The translations under genes were made by a program, and so were the position numbers. A stretch of 60,487 nucleotides of DNA, the filler included, from Squatina squatina (lineage: Eukaryota), in the NCBI GenBank assembly GCA_031763465.1. It is 3 parts of 3 records of this genome, joined end to end, with 100 filler letters (N's around TTAATTAATTAA, not from the genome) between each part and the next. Parts side by side here need not be neighbours in the genome. Positions count along the whole stretch, not along the records: positions 1 to 15,944 come from JARFOE010000162.1; 2 more parts are not named here. The stretch is one strand, 5' to 3'. The notes beneath the pieces were generated by a model, which was not told the origin of the DNA, made no database searches, and was given only the letters and a program-made list of their open reading frames with translations. The stretch's first letter is position 1. Each line of letters opens with the position of its first letter. Of this stretch, positions 1 to 14,445 are shown piece by piece.

Positions 1-3000
1 GGAACATTGAGCTCCAAAATGGCAGCATTGGTGCCAATTAACATCATGATCTGCCTGCTCTGCATACTTCCAGCAGACATTCACTGCATGCACGCTAACG
101 CCCTCACCATTTTGGCATTTGGTGCGATTTGCCCCACAATTGTGCCCACGCATCGCAGAAACCATTTTGGAGCTCTAAGAGCATTCATAGTGCCCAGATC
201 CGAATTTTGAGCCATTTGACTGAGAATGACAGCTATACTACGTTTTGTGGCATTTTGATGCATTGAACCCGTCAATCAAATCAATGGTCACAGATATAAA
301 ATATAAATTATGAGGCATTCACAGTCCTACACTAACAGCTTCTTGAAGTCCTCATTTCAAAACTGGTGGTTGTGGCAATACCAGGGAGACATCAGGGTAA
401 TGAGTTCCTTTTAATGGAAAAAAAACTAATATATCAAACAAGCTTGTTCAGGCAAGTTTTAATGGTACACAGCTCCTCACAAACAAGTTTATAATTTATT
501 AACAGCCTTTCTCCATCATTTCCAGTCATTTTCTTTTAAAGAGAGTGATATAAATTAAAATGTCAATAAATATAATTGCTTCATAAACTCTCTTGAGGTC
601 CTTCCCTTGATCATGATTCCCTGTCCTGTTGCTGTGTGAAGTGTTGCTTTGCTAATAAATTTGCAGTTTATAGCTGGTTCCGAAATGTATGCATAAGCAA
701 AATTCACACAAAATAGAGTGCTGCCAGATGACAACCGCAATCAATTGTCCATCTTTCGAAGAAAACATAATTCGCCCTGTCACAGCCAAATCAGATGGTT
801 GACAACCACAAAATATATTTGTGGAAATTGAGCCGTAACAATAGAACATAGTTCTGGAAATCCACTCAGTAGCAGAATATTGTTGTGGGAGACTGAGTTA
901 GCAGGAAATAATATCCCAAAGCTGCATTTTTCTTTGAATATTAATATTTTTCTACCCCATACATTAGAATGCATCTACAAAAAAAACACGTACTATAAAA
1001 ATAAAGCCATTTTCAGTCTTAAAATAAAATACATTATCAGAATCGAAACCTTGAGAGAGCTGTTTCACTACACTATGAAAGAAATATGAAGATGCAAAGC
1101 AGCCTACCCCAAGGGTAAAGCATTACCCTGCTAATAAGATGAGGATGTATTTGACTCCCTGGGCTGCTTGTCACTTCCTTTGGTCTATCTTCATCTGTTG
1201 AGTTCTGCACTTCATAGCTATGCTGCTGGGTGGCATTTCATCGTTGTGTGGGGGTGTGTAAGGGGATTACAGAGGAAAAGCTTCCATCATCCTCTCCTCC
1301 TTTTCTGTTAAAAGCTGCTTCCTTCTGCTGACTATGCAGGCGATATGAAGGGAGCTGCATCAATTATTTGCTTAAAGTGCCATGCCTGCTGGTTAGAGAT
1401 GCCTCAATGATACAAAATGGAGAAATTAGAGAATCAAGTGAGGGCTATAAACAAACAGAAGGAAAAGGATTTTATGGAAAATTTTATAGTTTGAAGGAAG
1501 GGATAGTAACAGCATTTTCTGTAGTACTGTATAATGCCTTGGCCTGCAGCATTCATATTTGTCTATTAGTCAGCGGGGTGGAATTTGCGGTCCTGATTTA
1601 AAAAATCCACACCTACCTTTAGGCTCCAGGGTTTCGGAGATTTTAGGTTCTGGGCCTGCAGGCGTATGCCTATGTAAAGGCCCACATGATCCCAGGGACG
1701 CAGGCCATTCAGAAGCGTCCCTGGTGTCACGTGGACCAGGTACTCCAATCAAAAAGGAGGATTCCTAATATGCTTATAGGGATTCCATTTATGAACGGAA
1801 TCCCCATAAACTTATGAGGAATTCCCAAATAAATAAATAATTTATACAACTGGAATAAAAATAAATGTTCCCNNNNNNNNNNNNNNNNNNNNNNNNNNNN
1901 NNNNNNNNNNNNNNNNNNNNNNNNNNNNNNNNNNNNNNNNNNNNNNNNNNNNNNNNNNNNNNNNNNNNNNNNATGGTTCCACCCTGAATGATTTTTATTC
2001 ATAATTAGACTGAATAATGAGGATGAGGAACAGCTTGCAGATACAACTCAGATTTAGCTCCTTCCTTTACGGTTTGAATCAGCATAGTCTGGAATCTTTA
2101 AGACCACCTTCAGCCTATTCACTGTTACCTCCAAACACCATGGTTGGTAACACCATGCTGCCTCTTATTATGGTATGTGTTTTGCTTAGTTATGAAGTTC
2201 ATTTCCACATTTGTTGCAATCTCTATGGTTGCTACACCAGGACCAGTTTATTAATTCCAATATTAAAAAAAAAAATTATGACAATAAATTATTGGCTAAT
2301 TCATAATTAATGACATGACTGGAATGTTTTGGAATGTGAAGATCATTAGTCACAGGTTTGCAAGATGAAAGCGACAGCGTATGTCTGCTTTTGTAATATA
2401 AATGATATCTTGGGCAATTATGCCAAACACTTGCAGTGTAAGGTCTTTTATAGAGGATTTGAAATAATAGTGTGGCTGCAGAGTCAATTATTAAATCTGC
2501 AGTGCATTATAATAACAGATCTGGGAGAATCTCGCTCTTGTTCATTTTCTCTATGTATTTTTCTTCCCCGTTCTTATTTAGAATTGCATTTCACCATAGT
2601 TTCTCTGTAAAACATTTGGCCCTAAAATTGCAGTCGGAGGCTTCCTGTGGGTGGAGGCCTCTGACCATAAACATTTCTACGCGCTTACCTTGGGTCCCGG
2701 GGGCTTCAAAGACTTTGGGTCCTGGGCCTCTCCAGATGCCCGTGTGTAGANNNNNNNNNNNNNNNNNNNNNNNNNNNNNNNNNNNNNNNNNNNNNNNNNN
2801 NNNNNNNNNNNNNNNNNNNNNNNNNNNNNNNNNNNNNNNNNNNNNNNNNNAATAGTTTGGTCTTATTTTCATTTGGTTATGTTAATGGCTGATAGCACAT
2901 CTAAGCATTCAAATAGGAGAAAAATATACATTTCTTGAAAAAAGGATTACTTTAGTATACAGCTAAAGTTTAACTCAGCACTACTGTAAGCCCAAATCAC

Positions 3001-6000
3001 TTCATAGTCTAAAATATGAATGCCTTTGGCAAATGGTCCACCTGTTGCTATTCCCATAGCTATTCCACTTTAATTCATCACCATTTTTATTAGCTGAGAA
3101 TAACACACTGATTTGCAATAGGGAAAATATGAGCAGCCAGTAATAACAATGAAAGTAATAATATTTTAATGAAATGAGTTGATGTAAAAAAAAGAAAAAA
3201 TACAATAATGAAAACACAGTTAAAATGCTCGCTTCAGTAGTTAACATGGAACTTAACAGTTACAGCATTATACCATAGTGCCTCTCAAATCCCACGAAGA
3301 CAGAAAACTGGCTTTTCTGAGAAAAATGACACGTTAAATGCAGTACCAGGTTGACCACCTCCTTACATTTGGAGTGGCTGCACATTGAATTCATTTGCTT
3401 TATAAGCTCCATGGTTGTTTCACAGTCTGTACAGTTAGCTCATCTCAGTTGGAGCTGCAGTGGAGGAACTAAAATTGGTCTCAGTATCCCTGATTTGGTG
3501 AAGAGAAATCTGCCAGAGTTCCTGCTCTTGATCATTATTAAGTGACCTCTGCTGGGAAGCGCGTGTGAATTTAAAGACAGGAATAGACCTGCAGTAAAGC
3601 CTTGACCCTCACTCCCTGTTAATATTCACTTCATAGGCTCACAGGTGAAGAATGATTTCCTGGACAAGGTACTATAGGATGTACAGCTTTCAGAAGGGAG
3701 ATGAGAGGAGTAAAACAAATGAAAAAATAAAAATCCTCATGCAAATGAATCCTGAAAAATGCACAACTATTTTACAAAGAAATGTAATTCCTAAGTACGG
3801 ATTAAGCTGTGGTCAAGATTTCTGTATTTTGAATTTATTTTTAGCCACAAGTTATTCATTTATCAATTAAATCTAATCAGACATATTTTAAAACATATAC
3901 TGTACACAATCTCTCAAAGTAAAATGTACTGACAGATTGACTATATTTATTGAATGTCCTAACCCAAAATAATTAGGTAATATTTGGGCTGGGATTTAAA
4001 ATACTATAAAAAAGAAAATAGGAATTAGATCTTGTTGGACTGCTTTCTTGCTCTTTTTCATTTTGTTGCTTTAGACATCAGATTACCAAACACTCAGTAG
4101 TAGTAATGGCAGGATAAGGTCTTTATTTTAACTTCATACTACACAAAATCTTGTATGAAAGTTACTGAGAAATAAACTTCACAAAACCAGGGCATGCTTC
4201 CTGCTCTTGAAACACACTCCATTTNNNNNNNNNNNNNNNNNNNNNNNNNNNNNNNNNNNNNNNNNNNNNNNNNNNNNNNNNNNNNNNNNNNNNNNNNNNN
4301 NNNNNNNNNNNNNNNNNNNNNNNNCCTCCATGCCATTCAAGCAATGACAGATGCCATCGCGTCTGGGTCCAGGATGGTATACCGGGGATTTGATGTCTGT
4401 ATGCAAACACAACGATCTGTCCTCACGCAGACTGATGTGGAAGAGCTGCAGACGTCCTGGGGGAATGGCAGTGCTGATGATGAGGCTGGAGGTGCTCTCC
4501 TCTCTCATGATGAGAGTATTCAGTCGCCCGCCATTGCCACTCTGTCTATGCCTGGTGAGATAGAGGTGCAAAAGTTCAGCGAATTTCGGCCCCAAGATGT
4601 TATACTTTCAAAAGCGTAATTTTCAGAAATACAAAACCTGTGAAGAAATTCCAATGAATGTGCAGCTTCTAACTATTTATTCTGGTTCCTTAATAAGAAA
4701 AATAAGCACGTAAAGGAAGTTGATTCCATCTGTAATAGCTTGTCCTGTGTAGATCATTAATTGTACAATCAATCTCTGATCAATTGGGAGTTTCAAGCAG
4801 CCCAATTTTAAGTGCCTTTTTCAAGCTCATTTATTTCTCCTCGCCAAGGCCGTTTGGCATTAATACATTTCAACTCCTCACCACCTCGGCCAGTGGAGGT
4901 AGTCTAGAGTTATGAGAATAGCATCAAAAATTCTTCAGCTGAAATACACATGAATAAAAAATGCTATTAAAGAAATTATTAAAGAACTTTAACACTTTTG
5001 CTCTTGCCTTTAATTGATTTTTTATTCTAATTAGCTTTATATCATCTGCATCTGGCGAGAAATAACTGTTGAGCCTGATTTATTGGAGAAAAAGTTACCT
5101 CTGCCCTAGATATTACTTGTCACTTTTTATGGAGATGAGAGCATCAGTTAGGTTATTGTAGTAAAGTTAAATAGTTAATCGGGGATGGAAGCTTGCATCT
5201 TGAACACAGCCAGCTGCTGTTCTGGGCCTTCTCAATTGTAGCTGGAGGTCATTGCCCTCAGTGAGAAGCACAGCTGGTTATTTAAGGAATGGGATCGGTG
5301 ACTTCAAAGGTGACCTTTATTAATCACATCAACATGACAGGAACAGCAAACAGGGAGATCATATTTCACATTAAGTTATGTAGTTAGTGAAAGTTGGAGA
5401 GAGATAGAANNNNNNNNNNNNNNNNNNNNNNNNNNNNNNNNNNNNNNNNNNNNNNNNNNNNNNNNNNNNNNNNNNNNNNNNNNNNNNNNNNNNNNNNNNN
5501 NNNNNNNNNTATAATATTATTTTCATTTGTTATATGCATGCACTACATTGTAGCATTGTGATACAGTTCCTTTTGTTCAGCAATATGTAACTGATAGATT
5601 TGTAGCATTACAATTTAATAGTGAAAAGCTGTCAAACTAAATGTAAATAACATTTTTTATAGTTTTGTATAGGTTAAAAAATAATCACCTTGTATTTTTA
5701 ATTGGCTTAAATGCTGCCGATAGCTCTTAACGAGTTAAGCAAGTGATTGACTTAGAGACAATGCCAACAGACATTTTACCTTCAGGGTTTAATAATATTA
5801 TGTGTCACCAAGCTGTATTTTAACCAGACATGTGTTGACGATTGTAGCTCAAGGGTATAATTAAGACAATTTGTCACAGTAATGGCTGTCAAGCTGACCT
5901 TGTTTCTTAACAGGTGGGAAGATGCAACTAACAGGTTTAATAAAACAAACAATAGCTTGGGTGGAAGAATGAACTCTAATTAGCAACAATGTCATCAACC

Positions 6001-7637
6001 CTTGACATTAGGCTCTGTCGTACACCCAATATCTAACTTATTTGCACCCTCTGATAAAATATTCTAGCCCGGCAGGATCCCATAGAATAATTGGCAACCC
6101 TGTGTGGACTCTATATCTATAGATAATTAAAACTAAAAGCTATGAGTGATCAAAAATCCCATGTAGTTACAGCAAGGACCATTAAATTTACCCTGAATAT
6201 GCGATTCATTTTCCATTGTAAAATATAATGAAAATCTAAGAAACTGCATGTACTTGTTATAAAACAATTACAGTAAATAGAGAGAACTGAATACAAATTA
6301 TTTTCTTTAGAGGATTTGAATTTGTTTTATGAGATTTGTGAATACAGACTTAACATTTAATTTTCTGTTTCTCTCACTTCATAATGATCAAATACATGTC
6401 TCATCCATATTGTTAACAACAGAAAAAAAATCAGATTGCTGTTATTAATAATGTAAATACCTTTGTTAAGCCATGGCCAGATTTATTGGCTTTTATATCT
6501 CATCATGCTTAGTTTGAATTCAATTCAGATTTTACGAGCAGCTCTGGAACAGTGGCTCTAAAATCAATTTGATGATCATTTCACTCGAGATCTTGTCGCA
6601 ATATCAGGCAAAATAGTTGCTGTCACATATTTGTGTTTACCAACTAGTTTAGCAGATTTAATAACATCCCTCAGTAGAAAATTTACATATATTTCATTAG
6701 TCAGTAACGACTCCATTGCTGATGGATCCTGCAATTACCAGGATGATAGAAGGTGAACGAGATGGAGCTTGGTCATTTTTCATCGAGCAAGTCCTTAGGC
6801 CTTATGTTCTCCAATCAAGATATTCTATTGGAAGTATCAAACATAGCACTTATTACTCTGTTCACTTCTCCTGGGAAAGAAATTTATAAAGAAGTTAAGA
6901 AATATATTTCCTCTGCTTGCTCAGATACATTGCCTGGTTCGCTCTCCCTGCTCCCACTGAGCCTGGTTCTCATTTGCTGCTCATTTGGTGCCCGGTTCTC
7001 TTGTCTTGCTCAGAGTGAACCTGNNNNNNNNNNNNNNNNNNNNNNNNNNNNNNNNNNNNNNNNNNNNNNNNNNNNNNNNNNNNNNNNNNNNNNNNNNNNN
7101 NNNNNNNNNNNNNNNNNNNNNNNGTGTAATGCTAGATACAAGATAGCAAATAGCATGGACAAAGTAGATATGGAAAGTTACTTCAAACTAAATTGAGTAG
7201 GACAAGGAGATACAGACTCACATTGATAAATAAGGACTGATGTTAGGAAGTCTGTCACACAATGTGATTTGTACATGGAATGAACATTCAGGCAGAGTTG
7301 TGGAGGCAAAAAACCCTGACATTTAAGAAATTGGTTGTTGACATGATGGGAGAGGAGATTGTAACATCTTTCGGAATGGACGAACTGACGTTTCTCTTAT
7401 TTTCTGATTATCTTAATGGTTAATGTTGCTGTATCCCATAAGCCTTAATTTTCAGTATATTTCATTATGTTCCTTATACATGGCACTTATTTGTGCTTCA
7501 TTCCAATTCAATTTTTATTTCCAACTTTTAACAGAGGTACTGGATATACAAATATAAATTAACAAAAGGATTCGTAAATCTTTTAGGATTCTGTATGAGT
7601 GAAGGTATGCAAAATTTCTCATACAAAATAGAAAATA

Positions 7638-8031
7638 AAAACTTACATCTATATAGCACTGTTCACTTCCTCAGGACATCCCAGAGTGTTTTACAACCAA
7701 TCAAGTACAGTCACTGTGTTATGTAGGCAAATACGGCAATATCCCACAGAAATCAAAAGAATTAAAGACCAGATAATCTGTTTTTGGTGGTGTTCATTGA
7801 TGGACGATTGTTGGGCAGGTTACTCAGAGAACTCCTTGCTCTTCTTCACATAGTACCAGATCTTTTACATCCACCTGGGCAGGAAGATAGGCCTTTGGTT
7901 TAAAACCTCATTTGAAAGACGGCATCTCTGAAATGCACTGAATCGGTTAACCTAAATTATGTGCCCAAATTCATGCTAAGGCTTGGACCTGTACCTGCTG
8001 AGTTAGTGCAGTAGCATCAACTGAGCCAAGG
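7638..8031 (-). mobile_element. Degenerate Deu-SINE
   Basis: Reverse-strand similarity along the whole SINE (ctcaggacatccc, gaccagataatctg, tcttttacatccacctg, ctgagccaagg). Confidence 0.7.
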
Positions 8032-9829
8032 TTCTTGCACAAGTGAGATGTCAGATACCTGAGAAACTTCTTTCTGTCCATTCAGATGTATTGCAGAAAA
8101 GATCCCATTCCTTTTAAAGAGCAGAGTAAGGTTTTGTATTTTGAAACGTTGCCTTGCAAATGACCAGTAACATAATGCTTCGCAATACCATACATCCATA
8201 TTCCTATCTCTTATATCAAAGCATACAGTTATTAAGTTCTTATAATAATCCATGCTATCTTTAGTCATTGAGATTGCCAACTGTCAGAAATTAAGAGATT
8301 CATCCATGTTTAACCATATAGATTTTTATTTATTGTTAAGCAAGCTAGAAAACATTATGCACCGGATAGGTAAGAAACAGACAAGTTAGGATACACCATG
8401 AATTCCAGAGGACTTATAAAACTAACATTGCAGTTGATATATATTGTGCAGTTGAACATTCACAGATGGCTAGCAAAATGATTGCTGTAATCTGGGCTCT
8501 GCAGTGACAAACTCTTATATTATGAGTAATTTAAGTCACCCTATTGTAGAGATTAAGTGAAATAATTAGGAAATTGCACTACCTGATCAGATATTATCCA
8601 TATTTAATGTTGAATATTCAAGTTGTGATGTCCTAAGGGAACAAAAGATGGCAATATGTGTATAAATATGACATTCAGATTCTTAAATTGATTAGAAAAC
8701 AGTAACTGGTTTCTCTTTCTCTTGCTGATTACTGTAGGACAAATAAGTTTGTTTTTCTATGTAAATTAATCTCTAGGGATTACAGTATTTTAATTTCACC
8801 AAATACCTTGAAGCATAGTTTTAGGCTTATTTGCAGGTACATTTTTATTTATTAGATTTCAAAGCAATATTCTTGTTTTTATAAAAGCTTTTACCACAGT
8901 GAGATAAGGAAAGAAACAAACAGATGCATCATACATAAATTTTATTTATTTAAAAAAAACCTGATGGCTTATTTATCTGTAACTTTTCTCCGCTAGCTAA
9001 ATTTCCATAGCTCTCGAAATCTAGGACTAGTGTACTAATATTTAGTATTCCAATTTCTAGTTGTAATTCTATATTTATTTGTCATAATAGATATGGGTAG
9101 ATGTCTTTTTCCTCTCCCACCCCCCGTCAAAAAAGAGATGTTCCTTGGTTATCTGAACACAAATGAAGCAAATTTGTGCACTAAACACTGCAACAATGCC
9201 TAGGGGCATTTTTCATACCATTTTACCAATGGTGAATGTTTGTTTTTATAAATAGGACATCTGTTATGACTAACAGTGAAAAATATCCATAGGTGAGAAT
9301 GATAGCCTATAGAAAATCGGAGTTTGGTTTCAAGTTTTCTGAAAATTAAGCAATTTGTAGTAAATTTTTCCTGTCTCTAATCTGCCCACAAAAAATGGAA
9401 GGCTTATACACTGCATTTAGATTATATGCTTATGTACTGTAGTAGTTACAGCAAGGGTTGACTGACAGTGGTCTGGGCAAATTTGATCAAAGGTATGGGT
9501 AACCTTTCTGAATATGGTGATGGCACTTATCAGCTCTAATCATATAAAGTCAAAGCTAATGCTGCAATTGTGAAATGTTAATGAAGTTAATAAGATTACT
9601 TTGAATGAGATTGAAACTGATAACCACAAAGAACCAGGTAGGAGTTTGTTGAAGGGAATTCTCTCAACCACCATAATATGTTGGGGTCCTTTTATAGATT
9701 TGTCAAATAGGGAAATATTTGATTGGAAGAATATGGAGAATGTAAAGTGGAAAGGTTCATTGCAAGTGGCTTCAGATACATTTGTCCGATTTCTTGCCAT
9801 TGAATCAACTGTTATTTTAATCTCCAGTT

Positions 9830-10503
9830 TTAATTTAGCAAGGTTTTGTTACAGATTTCTGGATGGGGTATGCTGTGTGATTTTGAAGTCCGTGTCCTTT
9901 GAAGATAGGATCCATTGGACTATGTGATAAAAATGGTATGGCAAGGGAGGAGTAACAGAAAAGGCAGGTGCTGGTACAGAGAGTAAAACCTTATATTCAT
10001 GGCAAAATTTGATTTTTGACAACTGAGCTGAATTTTTTTTTAAGGAAAAGCATGTTGCTAGATTTTGCTGCAGGGCAATCACTTGTATCTAGCTATAGTG
10101 CAAATTTCCTTGCGTGCCCACCCAGTGTAGTTTTCAGGGTAGATTTTTCAGTAATTGAATCAGTTTAAAGCAGTACCCTATACAGAATCACACACCCCTC
10201 CCCTTCTGACTCTGTCAAAATAACAGTTATTTGATCATTAGTTGCCTGAGGCTCAATATGTCAATGCAATCTATAATCCGTCTATAAAATATATAGAAAA
10301 TGAAATAGCATAGCTTTTATATTTGGAACTCTCCTTTGTACCAGCTCCTGCCTTTTTTGTTACTCCTCCAATCAGGTCTCCCCTGCCATACCACCTTTTT
10401 TTCGCACATAGTCCAATGGATCCTATCTTCAAAGGATACTGACTTCAAATCACACAGCAAGCATACCCCAGCCAGAAGTCGGTACACAACTTTGTAAAAT
10501 TTA
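9830..10503. repeat. Long imperfect inverted repeat (arms about 9830-9984 and 10328-10503)
   Basis: 9895-9926 is the exact reverse complement of 10405-10436 (32 bp); similarity extends about 150 bp with indels. Confidence 0.92.
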
Positions 10504-13394
10504 ACCTTATAACAGGATATTCCCTAAAATAAATTCCCACGGGAATCTTCAGTTAATAAAGTTAACTTTAAATTTATGCTTTTCGGTTAGTTTGAAAAGG
10601 GTGCAAAATAGCATTTATTTATTCAGACTTTACTGCAAGGGCATCTTTTTAAATACTCTGATTTTTAATAGTTGATCTCCCAAGGAATGGTGCATGGAAT
10701 TAAAACCAACGAGGGGAGGAGCAGTGGGGGGAAAAGGGAAAGGAAGAGGGAACAAANNNNNNNNNNNNNNNNNNNNNNNNNNNNNNNNNNNNNNNNNNNN
10801 NNNNNNNNNNNNNNNNNNNNNNNNNNNNNNNNNNNNNNNNNNNNNNNNNNNNNNNNTAATGAAGAAGGTCTCATCACTCTGATGTTTATTAAGAGTTCAA
10901 AATGAAATTTGTTTGATTTGTCTCAACCCACATTCCCAGCTGATGCGATTCCTTAACATATACTCCTCCACATTTAAAACTTAAGCACACTTATTTTCAA
11001 AGTAACAATTGCAGCAAATTATCTGTTAATAATACCTTTTATATACCATTGCAAAACGTCTTTAAAAAGTGTATCAAAAATGCCATACCAATGATCATAC
11101 ATAACAGCATTCTTTCATGCATAATAAAGATCTGAAATCACTCACACCTGTGGTGATTGTAAATTGCAGGTCTTGCACACTTACAGAAAAACTGGTACAT
11201 TAACCTCCATTTATTTCATAGATAAACACATCTGATCTAGGAGAAATTCCCCATTCTGTCAGGTCTGACATTTATTTTATTTATACTGTGATTATATTTG
11301 AACAACTGTAACAACTGTGAAGAAGTAATAAAATCATAGTGGCAGCTGTCGATGGAGTTTGTGTTTATGCAGAAAGGTGACCCAATGCTCTTGTAATTGT
11401 ACAGTGCAGCAAGGTAAAATAAAAATACCAGGGCAAGATCAGCCATTAAGATTGGTTTTCTTTTTGAACCCGGCAAGTGGTACAAAGTGGTAAGCACTTA
11501 ACAGCACTCAGCAGGACTGAAAATCTTGGCAACCCCATATGAAAAAAATGATTACTATGAAACACATTAGCCATTTTTCAGAGATTTTAATATGGGTCTC
11601 AACTTGGAGCTGGGCGGGATATATTTTCATACTGATGGAATCAGGTGGCATAACACAAATCATGAAGGCAAGAAGGTTTAATGATGATCTGATACAGGCC
11701 CAATCATCATGCTTAATTCAGAACTGTGCTCCATTAGTACAGCCTTTGTGTTTAAAAAGGGCTATGTCATTTTAAAGAAAAGGGTTGGGAATGTTAGAGG
11801 TATGAGAAAGATTGGTCAGGTGGCAAGGCAAGAACAGAGGCATATTAAACGTTATTGCAAGACAAACCTCCACCCTCTTTTTTTACCTGAATGAATCAAA
11901 AAGAAATGTTTGTTGCAAAAATAATCAGTGTAACAGTTTGCTAAATTGCCATGCTTTCTGTTGATAACAGAAAGAAGCAACCGGAGCTCTCTAGCTATTT
12001 ATTTGTTTGTTACTGAGTTAATATATACATGCAAGTTGGAGGTTGAGAGCCAAGAACTAGTTAGCACTATTCTGCATATATAATGATCAGAAAAAAAAGT
12101 GAAGTTAGGACTTGCAGAGATGAATTTTTTTTTAACATAAAGTATTTCACACAAGCTTTGGAAAAGGCATTAATGTTTCTAATAGGCTATTATCAGAGAA
12201 AGAAATGATAGTGAATAAGGTGCATGATAGGCCATTAGGCAGGGTAATGAGAAAATGAAGGGACATTGCATGCTACAGTGGGACTAATGCCCTCTTTAGG
12301 CTGATGATATGACTTCAGATGTATTAAAGGGCATTTGTACATTATGGAGTGCAGCCAATTACATGCTGATCTTCCCGTGGCTGCACTCCTTAATGAGCTA
12401 AACCTCATTAAAGTGATTGTATCATGAAGCCAAGACAATGGGGAACTCCGAAGATGTTGTTAGGTTATGGCTGCCAGTTGTAATTCGAGGGAGTTGGTCC
12501 ATAGGTTTGGACTCTGGGTCAACAGGCTTGATTTTCCATTTTTGATATCCCAGCATATGGCTTGGAAGGAAAATCTTGCAGTGTCAGGTGACCACCATGC
12601 GTCAATTCCCGGTGTGCAAAATTTCATAAGTTTTATCTTGTAGGTTTTAACATTGGAGACCAAGGTGCTTGCAGTTAGTTTGGAGGTAACTTCCACATAA
12701 AAATGATCCTGAATGGGTTAAGTCTGAGCTTTTGAAGGGCAAAGCCTTTAGTCCAAATTGTTGCCATGCTGTGATTTTGATGTCTGCTGATAAATTCTTA
12801 AAACTGCTGTATCTATTGCTACGCCATCAATATTCATGTGGCCTGGAAAGCCATGGTCGCCTGTTTAAAAGAAAAGAAAACAGAAAATCCATTGTGGCTC
12901 TGCACAAGAGCCCAAGGGGTTAGTTTGTTTAATCATAAAATTCCTTCTGCACTGTGGGAAAACAGCCACTTAAAATTAAGAAACTTAAATTTAATAATAT
13001 CCGATATCTTTAAATTTCATTCAATAATACTAACGTGGTTCTTGGTGAACTAAAAAGAACACCTATCGCATAATTTAAAATAATAACAAGAATTTCACCA
13101 TGGCCACAATGTATAAGTCGGGTTTTCACAATTTAATAAAGGTTAGTTAACATCAATAATTCCAGTGTAATTTGGAACAATATTTTATTATCTAAACACA
13201 ATACAGAACAGATAAAAGAAATTAAAATAGCATATGCTCAAAAACAGTAGATTACGTCATCTTTCTCTTTTCTTCAGACACCTTCCCAAATGACTTTGCT
13301 TTTCTCAGCCTTTCCACAGCAGCATTGTTAACTTAAATTGTTGTTCAATTCTTTTCCCAATTCTGGGTGCACAATCTTAAATTAAAATGAACAT

Positions 13395-13476
13395 ACTATG
13401 TGTGCAGGAAATGTGTCCAGCTGCAGCTCCTGGCAGACCGCATTGAACGGTTGGAGCTGCGGTTGGATTCATACTG
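13395..13476 (+). mobile_element. CR1 ORF1 zinc-finger/leucine-zipper fragment
   Basis: YVCRKCVQLQLLADRIERLELRLDS. Confidence 0.6.
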
Positions 13477-13876
13477 NNNNNNNNNNNNNNNNNNNNNNNN
13501 NNNNNNNNNNNNNNNNNNNNNNNNNNNNNNNNNNNNNNNNNNNNNNNNNNNNNNNNNNNNNNNNNNNNNNNNNNNNTTTAACAAATTTTAGTAATTTCAT
13601 ATTTAGCTTCACCTAGACAGAGATAGATGGAAAATGTTATCTATCTTTTTTAGACACATTATTGAAAATGTAATTGAAAAATTTTATAGAGTTCAAAAGA
13701 CACAGAAATAATTTATTTTTCAAATTACAAACATCAGACTATGAATATTTCAGTACTGCTTTCAAGTATTACCTGCAAACTGATACAGATGCTATATTTT
13801 ATTAGAGTCCTTCTATAAGAATACCTCTGAGAGCTACACAAAAGGGACACTATACTGAAGAGCGAACTAGAGATAA

Positions 13877-14445
13877 GGGGGAGAAATTTGCATGTGACTG
13901 CCACAAACGATTTCTCATCTGGCAGGGGGGGTGCGGGGTGGGGGGCCGCTACTGGCTCCCACAAAATTGCATGGGAGTTAGCGGAGGCTCAAAACTGATA
14001 GTGCCCCATTTTCACCCTGCTGTGGCCCGTTTTCGGACCATAGCCGAAGTTGGGCAGCATCCCGTGAGGCCGCTGCAGGTGTTGTCAGCGCCAGCCTCGT
14101 AGGTCACAAACTGGGCCACACTCTACTCGCAGGGCGAAATTTAAAGGGAAGGTGTGTGGTGCCATTTTGTCCTCTGAGCTGACTTATTGGTCCGGCCATC
14201 TGTTACTTTTTTCGCAGGGTCCATGCCACGATGGTGCAGCCCGGCACTCCTCTTCTGTGCTGGGCTTATCGCCCCAGCCCCACCCCCGAGAGGAAATGGA
14301 GTGCCCGGCATTGCACTCCACTTCCTCTCGGGGACGGTAACCCCAGTTTCGCTGCCGAGGCGGGACTCCCTCACCGGGCGCAGGAAGGATCGCCTCGCCT
14401 CAGTTACCTCCTCCAAACGGGGTGATACCGAATTTCGACCCCCAA
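13877..14445. mobile_element. GC/CpG-rich putative non-autonomous DNA transposon
   Basis: Sharp GC-rich block with imperfect inverted termini GGGGAGAAATT...AATTTCGACCCC inside AT-rich DNA. Confidence 0.5.

Noticed and set aside
4325-4596. Host exon (LHAIQAMTDAIASG...MP, followed by GTGAG)
   Set aside because: Protein not recognised; the block ends in a GAATTTCGGCCCC terminus like other repeats, so it is probably transposon-derived.
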